NCBI GenBank assembly: GCA_963769935.1
Contig: CAVYNY010000011.1
Location: forward strand, 32,001 to 96,000
Origin: an uncultured delta proteobacterium
GTDB taxonomy: Bacteria > Desulfobacterota > Desulfobacteria > Desulfobacterales > JAFDCJ01
DNA length: 64,000 nucleotides
Direction: 5' to 3'
Part shown: positions 8,475-17,945 of the stretch, piece by piece
Layout of the letters: every line of letters begins with the position of its first letter
Numbering within the stretch: position 1 is the first letter of the stretch
Program-made: the position numbers and the translations under genes
Notes under the pieces: model-generated
What the model was told of the DNA's origin: nothing
Seen by the model: only the letters and a program-made list of their open reading frames with translations
Database searches by the model: none

Positions 8475-10919
8475 TTGTTATTTAGCCATTTGAAGTGGAA
8501 ACGAATGCTGGCCGTTGTGATTCTGACCGCTGCTGTTGCAGGCACGTCCTATGGGGCGGATGTCGGGGCCGAATCCGACCCGTTTCCTGTTTATCCCTGT
8601 ATCCAACCCAACGTCTCTTTCTGGACTAAAATATACACCCAATATTCATCCGATTACGGTGTTATTCATGACAATCGTCGGCTTGACATTATATACGACG
8701 TCATCGAGCTTGAAAACCCCGATCAGGCCGGCGGCCGCAAGATTAACAGGGATCGCATCAAAAAAGCCAAAAAAAAATTAAAAGCCATCCTGGCAAAACT
8801 AATGCGGGGTGAAACGCCTTCCGGACCAGTTGAACAAAAGGTGGCGGAGTTGTTTGGTCCGGATGCCAAGGCGGCCGATTTTCGGTCAGCCATGTATAAT
8901 ATTCGCTGCCAGGTGGGACAAAAAGATCGGTTCCTGGACGGACTTATTCGTTCGGGTGCCTATATTGAAGAAATCAAAAAGATTTTCCGCGAGGCCGATC
9001 TGCCGGAAGATCTGGCTTATCTGCCCCATGTGGAATCTTCCTTTAATCCGAAGGCTTACAGCAAGTTTGGTGCCGCCGGGATGTGGCAGTTCACCCGCTC
9101 CACCGGCAGGCGATTCATGAAAATCGATTATACCATTGATGAACGGCGGGACCCCATACTTTCATCCCGGGCGGCCGTTCAACTGCTTCGCAAAAACTAT
9201 CAAAAATTGCTATCCTGGCCTTTGGCCATCACGGCCTACAATCACGGCAGCACCGGAATGCTGCGGGCGCAGAGAAAAAAGGGCAGCTACGATCTGATTT
9301 TCCAGGAATATCGCAGCCGGATTTTTAGATTTGCCTCCCGCAATTTTTATTCCGAATTCCTGGCCGCCCGTGAGACGGCCAAAAATTATCGTCAATATTT
9401 TGGCGACTTAAACCTGGAAGCGCCCGTCAGGAGCCGGGAAATCGCGCTGGCCGGATACGTATCATTGCCCCAACTTTCACGGCAGCTCGATATTGATCCT
9501 GCTGATTTGCGCGAATTGAATCCGGCCTTGCGAAGCCCGGTATTCAGCGGGCAAAAATATGTACCCGCCGGCTATCGACTGAGGCTGCCGGATAGTGATG
9601 AGAGGGATTGGGAGCAGCTAATTGCGCAGTTGCCGGCGAATATTTACCGGCACAATCAGAAGCGCAGCCAAATATACACGGTTCGCCGGGGAGATACCGC
9701 CGGAAAGATTGCCAGATTTCACGGTGTCGACCTCAACGATTTAATTGCCGTCAACAATCTTGACCGGCGGGCGACAATTTACGTCAATCAGACCTTAAGA
9801 ATTCCGCTGCCGGATGAAAAGCCCATCATGGTTGCCCGACTTGAGAAGGCCCGGCAGGATGCCGCCGGAGAAACGCTTCCGGCGTCGAATCTGCCGCCGG
9901 CCGACCGCTCCGGGCAGTCCGAAGATAACACCGAACAAACTTTGAGACCTTCCTCTGCCGAACAAGAAACCGGGTATATCGCCGGAAGCGATATTCAGAC
10001 CTCAAAAGAAAACATGACGCTAGCGGAAACCGAGCCCCAGCCAATCAAAAATCCGTCCCAGGCGAATCAGGCGGCGGTGTTTTTACTGTCGCAGGCTGCC
10101 GTGCTGGAAACCCAGACTGAAAATAATTTGTCTGCGGCCCAAATCCAAGCGCCGGATGAGGAACAGTCTGAAGATGATATTGAATATACCTCAGATCCTG
10201 CCGACGAGAACGGCGAGTCCATGGAGGACATACCGGACGCTGTTTTGCAGCCCAGCCAGCCTGATGCGGATATAGAATCGGCGGAAAATCAGCAAATTGA
10301 TCGGATGTCGGCCCAAATCCAAGCGCCCGAAACGAAAACAAATGAGACTGCCGATTTGCCGGCCCTCGAAGTGCCGGCCGATACGCAGGATCCGGCAACA
10401 TCGCCGAACAGCCAATTTGAGCGGGCCAAGCCGGCGGCGGCTGAACGGCAATTGAATCCGGAAATTCTGCGAGGTCATTTCGCCGTGGAGCGGGTATCGA
10501 ATTTGCGGGGCAAACCTGTCGGCGTCATTCAAGTTGAGGCCGAAGAGACGCTGGGACACTATGCCGAATGGCTGGGGGTTCCGGCCCATAGGATCCGGCG
10601 GCTGAACGGATTCCGTTACGGCCAGCCGCTGCAGCTGAGCCAGCAAATCAAGATCCCGCTGGACCGGGTCACCCGAGAAGAATTTGAGGAAAAACGCTTT
10701 GAGTTTCATCAGGAGCTGGCTGAAGATTTTTTTGCCACCTACCGTGTTGAAAAAGTATTCACCTATTCCGTCAAAAGGGGAGACAATATCTGGACGCTCT
10801 CACGTCAGGAGTTTGAGGTGCCGTTGTGGCTGATAAAAAGTTACAATGCCGAAGTTGACTTCAGCGCACTGATCCCTTCGCAGAAGCTGCTTATCCCGGT
10901 AGTCGGGAAAAACGTTTAA
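8475..10919 (+). CDS. MltD-like lytic transglycosylase with LysM domains and a long acidic linker
   Basis: LPHVESSF, GAAGMWQF, AITAYNHG SLT motifs; LysM repeats YTVRRGDT and YSVKRGDN; N-terminal signal peptide. Confidence 0.9.
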   Translation: MLFSHLKWKRMLAVVILTAAVAGTSYGADVGAESDPFPVYPCIQPNVSFWTKIYTQYSSDYGVIHDNRRLDIIYDVIELENPDQAGGRKINRDRIKKAKKKLKAILAKLMRGETPSGPVEQKVAELFGPDAKAADFRSAMYNIRCQVGQKDRFLDGLIRSGAYIEEIKKIFREADLPEDLAYLPHVESSFNPKAYSKFGAAGMWQFTRSTGRRFMKIDYTIDERRDPILSSRAAVQLLRKNYQKLLSWPLAITAYNHGSTGMLRAQRKKGSYDLIFQEYRSRIFRFASRNFYSEFLAARETAKNYRQYFGDLNLEAPVRSREIALAGYVSLPQLSRQLDIDPADLRELNPALRSPVFSGQKYVPAGYRLRLPDSDERDWEQLIAQLPANIYRHNQKRSQIYTVRRGDTAGKIARFHGVDLNDLIAVNNLDRRATIYVNQTLRIPLPDEKPIMVARLEKARQDAAGETLPASNLPPADRSGQSEDNTEQTLRPSSAEQETGYIAGSDIQTSKENMTLAETEPQPIKNPSQANQAAVFLLSQAAVLETQTENNLSAAQIQAPDEEQSEDDIEYTSDPADENGESMEDIPDAVLQPSQPDADIESAENQQIDRMSAQIQAPETKTNETADLPALEVPADTQDPATSPNSQFERAKPAAAERQLNPEILRGHFAVERVSNLRGKPVGVIQVEAEETLGHYAEWLGVPAHRIRRLNGFRYGQPLQLSQQIKIPLDRVTREEFEEKRFEFHQELAEDFFATYRVEKVFTYSVKRGDNIWTLSRQEFEVPLWLIKSYNAEVDFSALIPSQKLLIPVVGKNV

Positions 10920-10944
10920 ACGGACATAGAGCGCTGGCGCTCAA

Positions 10945-11262
10945 TCAAATCGGAGGCGCTATGGTCACCAGAAGTCTCAGATCGGTTTTGGCCCTCAATC
11001 CATGAGGTTCGGCAATGTCGCTGATGACGACATCGCCTGTTTTCGCCGGCATGGCCGCGTCGTCTTTTCCCAGAAACTCGCCTTCCCCTTCGATGATTAC
11101 CAGACTCAACTGCCCTTCGATGTCGTGACTGTGAACGGGCAGCACCTGTCCGGCTTTGAAGTTAAAATTGATGATTTTAAAATACGGCGAGTCGTGCACC
11201 AGCAGTTTTTTAAACGCTTTTTCCGAGAAATCGTTTTCTTCATAAAGATTGAGATGTTTCAT
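10945..11262 (-). CDS. Cupin domain protein
   Basis: LPVHSH..IIEGEGEF..GDVV..EPHGL cupin motifs. Confidence 0.88.
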   Translation of the reverse strand: MKHLNLYEENDFSEKAFKKLLVHDSPYFKIINFNFKAGQVLPVHSHDIEGQLSLVIIEGEGEFLGKDDAAMPAKTGDVVISDIAEPHGLRAKTDLRLLVTIAPPI

Positions 11263-11333
11263 TATGCTTTATCCTTTCAGCTTACTTTACAATAACCCTT
11301 ACATAATTGCAGTATCTTAACTGTTTGAGAAAG

Positions 11334-11436
11334 CCACAAATTAACACGAATTTTCACGAACTTATTTTCCGGTATAAATGACCCTGCTTTTACCTATTCC
11401 CATAATTCGTGGTTATTTGTGTCCATTCGTGGCTAA
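11334..11436. repeat. Inverted 9-mer tandem-repeat hairpin (ACACGAATT / ATTCGTG)
   Basis: ccacaaattaacacgaattttcacgaa ... attcgtggttatttgtgtccattcgtgg. Confidence 0.7.
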
Positions 11437-11567
11437 CTTATATTTGAAAAGACTAAAATCATATGAATAATGGAATTTTGCCCATGAATCCCATCGGGCA
11501 TGACAGACGATATTGCGATAAATTCTCTGATTGTTGGAATATATAATCCACCGCTCGAAGTTAAGCA

Positions 11568-11581
11568 TTGATTTAGGTCAA
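11568..11581 (-). promoter_or_regulatory. Crp/Fnr-family (FNR/HcpR-like) box upstream of the cupin gene
   Basis: TTGACCTAAATCAA (TTGAy-N4-ATCAA) followed 22-24 nt later by TATATA/TATATT, class II spacing. Confidence 0.5.
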
Positions 11582-11888
11582 TAAATTCAGACAAAATTTA
11601 GATTCTGTGTTAATTTTTCCACCCCGCATCAGAATATGCAACTATTCCGCAATATTTTAAGGCATATACCTGAAGAAAAGTTAATCCTACTGATCCGGTT
11701 AATCCTGTCTAATAAAAAACCATAAAATAGGAATCCATTCAACTAACCATCCCGGCCCCGCGTGAGTGTGAAATGACAATAAGCAAACGCGAGATGATTC
11801 TAAAAACCGCCGCCCGCCTTGCCTTCCAGCGTCCTTTTCATTTTATCGAATTTCTCCGGCTGTCGAGGGCAGATGGTGGACCTATGAA

Positions 11889-12281
11889 CTACCAGATGGA
11901 TTTTACGTGAGGATAGGAAAGAATTTTTTTGTCAGCTGTAAGAATCGTGCAGTCTTTCAAACGTGCAGTCGCAGTGATAATTCGATCGGCAGGATCGGCA
12001 TGAAAGGTATCAGGCAATGAATATGTCTCTTCCATAATTTCAAGGCTGATGTTTTCGACTTGCCAGTTATTCAGTTCAACATAGTATCCGAACCACTTTT
12101 TCCAATGACGGTCAATGGTAATACGCTGACGCTCAGCCGCGCAGGCAAGTTCTGCTACACTGATCACCGAAACGTAAATTTCGGATTCATCTGCAGTTAG
12201 GAGGGCTCTTGCTTCTTTTGAGATAGTGGAAGGTTCGGATATCGCCCAGATAATGCAACACGTATCCAGCAATAGTTTCAT
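11889..12281 (-). CDS. vapC: VapC PIN-domain toxin
   Basis: MKLLLDT, SVISVAE, HADPADRII, LTAD; 4-nt overlap with the antitoxin. Confidence 0.93.
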   Translation of the reverse strand: MKLLLDTCCIIWAISEPSTISKEARALLTADESEIYVSVISVAELACAAERQRITIDRHWKKWFGYYVELNNWQVENISLEIMEETYSLPDTFHADPADRIITATARLKDCTILTADKKILSYPHVKSIW

Positions 12282-12520
12282 CTTCGCAGCATGTCCCAGC
12301 TGTCTTCCGGAATCAAAGGCTCCGTCAGATCGCCTTTTATCCGGACGGTTCCCAAGCCGCAGCCAAGTTGGGTTCGGTTTGGGGTCCTCTCGGAATGGTG
12401 GGGAACCAGCAAGGCAATGGGGATATTGCGCTTGCGGATTTCAACCACTTCACCCTGTTCCACAAAATTGATGAATTTGCTGAGATTATCTTTAAGATCG
12501 CCTATGTTAGCCGTTTTCAT
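12278..12520 (-). CDS. Phd/YefM family antitoxin
   Basis: MKTANIGDLKDNLSKFINFVEQGEVVEIRKRNIPIALLVP. Confidence 0.9.
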   Translation of the reverse strand: MKTANIGDLKDNLSKFINFVEQGEVVEIRKRNIPIALLVPHHSERTPNRTQLGCGLGTVRIKGDLTEPLIPEDSWDMLRR

Positions 12521-12555
12521 GGCTAAAATATAGGCTAAAAAGTTAGCCATGTCAA
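12518..12555 (-). promoter_or_regulatory. TA promoter with overlapping operator repeats
   Basis: TTGACA-17 nt-TATATT; inverted repeat CATGGCTAA...TTAGCCATG plus an internal GGCTAA. Confidence 0.75.
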
Positions 12556-12822
12556 AAGGTTTCCTTAAACGGCATCGTCATTTTTTCAATTGACACCCGC
12601 TTTTCCTTTATGACATATACACATACTCATAAAAAGTTGCTTCTATTTCTCGATCAAGGCTGTGGGGAGCACCCTTTTCTCTCTACCGTCCATTCACTTC
12701 AGTTTGCTCACAGGCACAGCCGCTATCGGAAACTGTGACATCCCGGTGGGGGCCTCTACGGGCGCCGGTCCGGCGTGGTCCGTGCACATGCAAAAACTTT
12801 TTGACGCGAAAGGAGCAGACGT

Positions 12823-14384
12823 ATGCGAAAATTCAGAAAATATCTACTCACCATGGCTTTACTGCCGTTACTGATCACCGGTGCGCTTCTCTGGCTGACA
12901 GCGTCCAGCGGCTTTGCCGAGATCGACGAGCTCAGAATCGGCATCGGCATCGACGCCGACACATTAAACCCCCAAGAGCAGACCACCACCCTGATTCAGA
13001 ACATCTGCGACCTGATCTACGACAACTTTTTTTTCCAGACCGCGGACGCAAAACTTGAACCGCGCCTGGCTACCGGCTACGAGATCAGCCCCGACGGGCT
13101 GACCTACACCATCCACCTGAGAAAAGGGGTCAAATTCTCCGACGGGACCGATTTCAATGCCGACGCCATCAAACTGACCTGGCAGCGAATGCTCGACCCT
13201 CAGAAAAGGGTGCCGCTCCGGTTTGGCGTCAGCATGGTCACCGACTGCATAAAAGTCGACGACCATACTGTGCAGCTCAAGCTCAAATACCCCTTTGCCC
13301 CGATGGCCCTTCCCTGTCGCTGACGCTCACCAGCGTCATCTCCCCCGCGGCGATTGAAACGTACGGCGACGAAGTCCGGCAACACCCCGTAGGCGCCGGG
13401 CCCTACGTTCTGAAGGAGTGGGTCAAGGGGGACCGGGTCGTTCTGGTCCGAAACGAGAACTACTACGGTAAAAAGCCCACGGTGCGCCAGATCACCTACA
13501 GGATCGTCCCCGATGTGTCCACCCGCGAGGCCATGCTGCGCGCCGGACAGATCGACATCTGCTACAAGCCCTCCCCCTCGAACGTGGCCGCGCTAAAAGC
13601 CGACCCGAACATCACCGTCGACATGCCCCTGGACACACGCAGCATCTTCATGGCTTTCAGGACCGATCTTCCGGTGTTCAAGGACAAGCGGGTCCGGCAG
13701 GCCTTCAACTATGCGGTCGACAAAAAGGCCATCGTAAATAAGATCCTCTTCAATACCGCAGAACCGATGGACGGCGCCGTGTCCCCGATTCTTTTCGGCT
13801 ACGCCAGGATGGAAAATCAGTACGACTACAATCCGGACAAGGCCAAGGCCCTGCTGAAGGAAGCCGGCTTCGACTTCAACCACGTGGTCCGGATGGGAAC
13901 CCCTACCGGCCGTTACCTCTTCGACAAGCAGGTATCGGAAGCGGTTCAGGCGTATCTTCAGGCCATCGGGGTCAAAGCTGAGCTGAGGGCCTTCGATTGG
14001 CCCACTTACATGTCGGCGGTTTACAAACCGGCGGACCAGTCCGTCGTCGATATGGATCTGCTCGGATGGGGCCCCCTCTATCTCGACTCCGACATGCAGC
14101 TTTACGGCCAGTTCACCTGCGCGGTGGTTCCGCCCAAAGGGCTCAACTCCGCCTTCTACTGCAACCCGGCCTATGACCAGCTGATGGAGGAAAGCCGGAG
14201 GGAGCAGAACGTCGAAAAACGAAAGGAAATGCTGCAGAAGGCCGGTCAGATCGTCTGGGATGAATGTCCCTGGCTGTGGCTGCATGTTGAAAAATTCGTC
14301 ATCGCCTACAGCGCCAAAATCAAGGACATGGTGGTCACACCGACCGAAAAGTTCTATCCGACCTATATCTCCATGCAGAAGTAA
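12823..14384 (+). CDS. Family 5 (peptide/glutathione) ABC substrate-binding protein, -1 frameshift near 13309
   Basis: LRKGVKFSDGTDFNA; the alternate frame from about 13310 gives SVISPAA..HPVGAGPY..WVKGD..RNENYYG and joins ORF 13482-14384. Confidence 0.9.
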
Positions 14385-14480
14385 AGATCCGGATCCGGAG
14401 AGCCCCGCTTTGGTCGGCGGTTCTCCGGTGAAAACGGGATAGAAAACCACTTTTTATGTAGAGCTCTTCATGAGAAATGT

Positions 14481-14543
14481 TGAACTGAACGACCACCGTC
14501 TGTAAGATGGTGGGTTCGTTTATCGGTTGAAACCGACTAAAGA
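14481..14543 (-). mobile_element. IS200/IS605-like end remnant (two subterminal hairpins, no transposase)
   Basis: Minus strand ctttagtcggtttcaaccga..aacccaccatcttacagacggtggtcgttcagttca resembles the end downstream of IS200-type tnpA genes (recognised from memory, not searched). Confidence 0.5.
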
Positions 14544-14809
14544 TTTAAGGAATTTGGTCTATTCCCCTTCTATATCAATGTGGTTTTCGGCGAATCTCTC
14601 GCAGCAAATGAGCTCTTTACTTAATCGTTGCGTTTAGCCGGGTTCTGTTTCCGATCTATACATAATAAATCCTTTTCAGGGAATTCGATTCTTTCCGCCC
14701 GATTCACAAAGCTCACCCACTTCATACAAAATACCCTGCCCTGATCAATGACCGGCACCACATGTACTCCTCTGATTTTCCCAAGCTGGCTTGCCGCCAC
14801 TAACATCGT

Positions 14810-15988
14810 TCAGATTAAATTTATCACGACAATTTCCGGCCGGTTGCCGGTTCGCATCGGAGGACCCCAGGTACCGACCCCGCAGGTGGTGTAGATCGAA
14901 AAGGCGCCCAAGCTTCTGAGTCCATAATCATAGCTTTTGTAAATCAGCCTGGTCAGATACCCGAAGGGAAAAATCTGGCCGGCATGAGTGTGGCCGGACA
15001 ACTGCAAAGCTACTCCCAGTTTTTGGGCCGGGGAAAAGGTTGTGTCGGGAACCCAGTAGGTTGCAAAATGGCGATCCAGGCCGTCTCCCCGGCCGGGGAT
15101 CATGTTCGTGGGCGTGTGAAACAGCAGAATGCGCGGTTTGCGGATGGCAGAAGCCGGGCCTGATTTGTCCAGACCCCGAATATCTTTGGCTCCCTCGATA
15201 CCGGGATAGCTGATGCCGATGATTTGAAGCCCATCGATTTCAATCGCTTCGTTTTGCAAAACAGTTATTCGGGTTCGACCCAGAACCGTCAACGAGCGGT
15301 TCAGACCGATGTAATTTTCATGGTTGCCGGGGATGAAGTAAACGCCTTTCTCAGCCTTAAATTGACTCAAACCAGCTGCAAAGCGGGAGATGTCCGAAGC
15401 CATGCCGTCGAATAAATCCCCGGTGATTAAAATCAGCTCCGGTTTGAGGGCGTTGACGCGCCGCATCAGATAATCGAGAAACTTCGGTCCGTAAAAGTGG
15501 CCGAGATGAACGTCGGATAACTGCACGATGGTCTTGCCTTTCCACTGGTCCGGAAGATTTTCGAATTCGATCGGCAGCTTTTTTATCCGGGGGTGAAACG
15601 CATTCCACATGCCGTAAGCGGAAAATAAAACAGCCAGCGTCAGGCAGCCGACCGCAATCAAACGGGTATCGGGATGGGTTCCGGCGATCCAGAGGACTGC
15701 GATCACCAGCCAGCTGAGCAGCACTGCCAGCAGAAGATTTATAAACAAACCGGTCCAGACTGCGCTGAACATGTAAAAGCCGACAGTCCATGAATTTGCC
15801 TGCCGCCGCAGCAGGAAAAAGGAGGCCATAAAGCTAAGGGACAGCAGAAATAGGATGATAAACAATGAGATTTTCAGACCGGAGCTGTTAAGCATAAAAA
15901 GGCGCAGCACCGCCTTGCCAAAAAGCAAGTGGGCCCCAATGGTCAGCGCAAGAATTACAGATAGGAATAGCACGACTTTAAGAACCAT
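14810..15988 (-). CDS. Membrane-anchored metallophosphoesterase (YkuE-like)
   Basis: SDVHLG, TGDLFD, GNHE, SGHTHAGQ, GTWGPPMR; N-terminal TM helices; ATG 15988 overlaps the stop of the upstream relic. Confidence 0.92.
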   Translation of the reverse strand: MVLKVVLFLSVILALTIGAHLLFGKAVLRLFMLNSSGLKISLFIILFLLSLSFMASFFLLRRQANSWTVGFYMFSAVWTGLFINLLLAVLLSWLVIAVLWIAGTHPDTRLIAVGCLTLAVLFSAYGMWNAFHPRIKKLPIEFENLPDQWKGKTIVQLSDVHLGHFYGPKFLDYLMRRVNALKPELILITGDLFDGMASDISRFAAGLSQFKAEKGVYFIPGNHENYIGLNRSLTVLGRTRITVLQNEAIEIDGLQIIGISYPGIEGAKDIRGLDKSGPASAIRKPRILLFHTPTNMIPGRGDGLDRHFATYWVPDTTFSPAQKLGVALQLSGHTHAGQIFPFGYLTRLIYKSYDYGLRSLGAFSIYTTCGVGTWGPPMRTGNRPEIVVINLI

Positions 15989-16139
15989 CAAAAAAGGCTT
16001 CGAGAATTTTTGAATATTCGCCGGCCCGGTTAAGGTATGGAAAATGCCCCACGCCATGCAGGGTTTTAATTGCCGCCGACGGGTAGGATGCCTTCAGCAT
16101 CTCCCGCAGCGTCTCTTCCACCAGCGGATCATTGTCCAA
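15978..16139 (-). pseudogene. C-terminal fragment of an alpha/beta hydrolase
   Basis: LDNDPLVEETLREMLKASYPSAAIKTLHGVGHFPYLNRAGEYSKILEAFFDGS*: acid (DNDPLV) and His (GHFPY) segments; in-frame TAA just upstream. Confidence 0.7.
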
Positions 16140-16295
16140 TGATTACTCAGAACAGCAAAAATTTTATAACACAATTTTTGGGTTTTCCAAAGCCAAGATG
16201 TTCTTGACCTTTAAGTTTATGTCCTGTTATTAAAACCCCTTAAGACCAATTAACCCGCCCTGAAGAATAGCACATTTCGGCTTTTTAGCGTTCCT

Positions 16296-16526
16296 TTGAT
16301 TTTTTTTGACGGATCTTCGACTGAAAACTTCGTGCCTCTTCTGGCAGCCGAAGTCCCGACGGTGGCCAACGGCGGAATCTCGGCCGACGGTAAGACTTAT
16401 ACCTTTACGATTCGCAAAGGTGTCAAATTCCATGTCAGAGCCTACCGGGAATATGTATACGGTTTCGTTCCCAATGCCATGTTTACCGATGACAATGAAA
16501 TTTTGAAGCGATTATTCAAGCAGTAG
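16296..16526 (+). pseudogene. Internally deleted peptide-ABC SBP relic
   Basis: First 46 aa match the N-terminal part and last 30 aa match the C-terminus of the SBP at 27489-29234; about 443 codons and the signal peptide are missing. Confidence 0.85.
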
Positions 16527-16534
16527 GAAGTTTA

Positions 16535-16682
16535 AGGTTTCAGCGGCGGCGCTGGCCTGAAAATCGGCAAGTCTAATCGAAAAAGTAACATAATAATTCA
16601 CCGCAGAGTTCGCCGAGAACGCCGAGAAAGACCCAAAAGATAATCTAACATAATCTCTGCGTCCCTGGCGCTCTCTGCGGTT
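16535..16682. repeat. CGCTGGCC-type repeat plus inverted 9-mer (CGCAGAG/CTCTGCG) hairpin
   Basis: aggtttcag..cgctggcctgaaatcggcaagtctaatcgaaaaagtaac (similar copy inverted at 27361-27433), then ccgcagag..cgccgagaa..ctctgcg..ctctgcgg. Confidence 0.7.
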
Positions 16683-16712
16683 GGCTGAACTGGCACCTGC
16701 CAACCAATCGAC

Positions 16713-17744
16713 ATGCTCGCATTCATTACGCGCAGATTTTTATTATTGATACTCGTCTTGTTCGGCGTATCCGTCCTTATTTTCGGCATTTTGATGACCT
16801 TCAGCCCGGAAAGACGGGCTGCCGTATTCGTCACCTCCCCCCAGCAGGCCAAGGACATCCCTAAAATCATCAGACAATTTGGACTCGACGATCCCGCTTA
16901 CATCCAGTATTTGCGCTGGATGAAAGAAGTCTTCCAGGGCAACCTGGGCTGGTCGGTGGTGGCATCCCGACCGGTCCGGGAAGCCTTCTGGAACTATTTT
17001 CCCGTTACCCTGGAGATGAATCTATTTGCAGCGCCCATTGTGCTGTTTTTTGGTATCTGGCTGGGAACCTTAGCGGGAATCCATCGGGACAAGTGGATTG
17101 ACCACACCACCCGGATTCTGGCCATCGTGGGGTGGTCCCTGCCCACGTTTCTTTTCGCCCTGGTGCTGCTCATGGTGTTTTACGGATACTTCCAAATATT
17201 TTCGCCCGGGGTTCTCAGCGATCAGTTGAGCATGTTCATTATTGATAATCCGGCTAAATACACCAGTTACACCGGTCTTTACACGATTGACGGAATTTTG
17301 AACGGTCATTTGAACATCACTCTGGATGCTCTGGCCCACCTTGTCTGCCCCATATCGACCTATGTGATCGTGGTGGTGGCCCTGAATATGCGGGTAATGC
17401 GTTCGGGAATGATCGAGGAGCTTTCCCGGGACTATGTGATGACCGCCAGGGCCAAGGGTGCGGATCGGCACACGATTCATATTAAACATGCCCGTCGCAA
17501 TGCCCTGCTGCCCGTGATTACGGTCGCCGGCCAGCTGATGGCCATGTCCATGGAAGGCAGCATCGCGGTTGAGGTGGTTTACAATCGGCACGGCATCGGC
17601 TGGTGGCTGGCAGAATCCGCCGTTCAGCTGGACATTCCGGTATTGATGTGTATCTGTCTGTTCATGGGAGTGGTGTTTGTGATCACCAATCTGACATTGG
17701 ATATACTATATGCGTATTTTGACCCCAGGATAAGACTGACCTGA
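16713..17744 (+). CDS. dppB: Peptide ABC permease DppB/OppB
   Basis: GNLGWS, DYVMTARAKG EAA loop, HARRNAL, DPRIR. Confidence 0.93.
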   Translation: MLAFITRRFLLLILVLFGVSVLIFGILMTFSPERRAAVFVTSPQQAKDIPKIIRQFGLDDPAYIQYLRWMKEVFQGNLGWSVVASRPVREAFWNYFPVTLEMNLFAAPIVLFFGIWLGTLAGIHRDKWIDHTTRILAIVGWSLPTFLFALVLLMVFYGYFQIFSPGVLSDQLSMFIIDNPAKYTSYTGLYTIDGILNGHLNITLDALAHLVCPISTYVIVVVALNMRVMRSGMIEELSRDYVMTARAKGADRHTIHIKHARRNALLPVITVAGQLMAMSMEGSIAVEVVYNRHGIGWWLAESAVQLDIPVLMCICLFMGVVFVITNLTLDILYAYFDPRIRLT

Positions 17745-17890
17745 TTGAATATTGAATATTGGCAATTGAATATTTAAGGAATTCTATCGATTTTTTAGAT
17801 AACAGGAAAAAACAGCAAATGTCACTCATTTCGCAAAATAAAAATGATAGAATACCACAAATCTTCAATCTTCAATCTTCAATTTGCAAT
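17745..17890. repeat. Family B inverted 7-mer hairpin (ATTGAAT / TTCAATC)
   Basis: ttgaatattgaatatt..gatagaata..cttcaatcttcaatcttcaat; related copies at 27240, 48385, 49250, 58861, 60673. Confidence 0.85.
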
Positions 17891-17945
17891 ATGTTGCCGG
17901 CTGATTTTAATTGAACTACCGTAATATAAACCAAATTGTGTTTAT

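Noticed and set aside
11785..11885. Possible C-terminal gene remnant (ICPRQPEKFDKMKRTLEGKAGGGF*) after vapC
   Set aside because: No recognisable family
13593..14450. Long antisense ORFs (also 41656-42423, 57536-58261, 63050-63733)
   Set aside because: Shadows of GC3-rich genes on the opposite strand
14621..14806. 61-aa ORF and a possible UGA readthrough frame
   Set aside because: No known motif or SECIS-like hairpin
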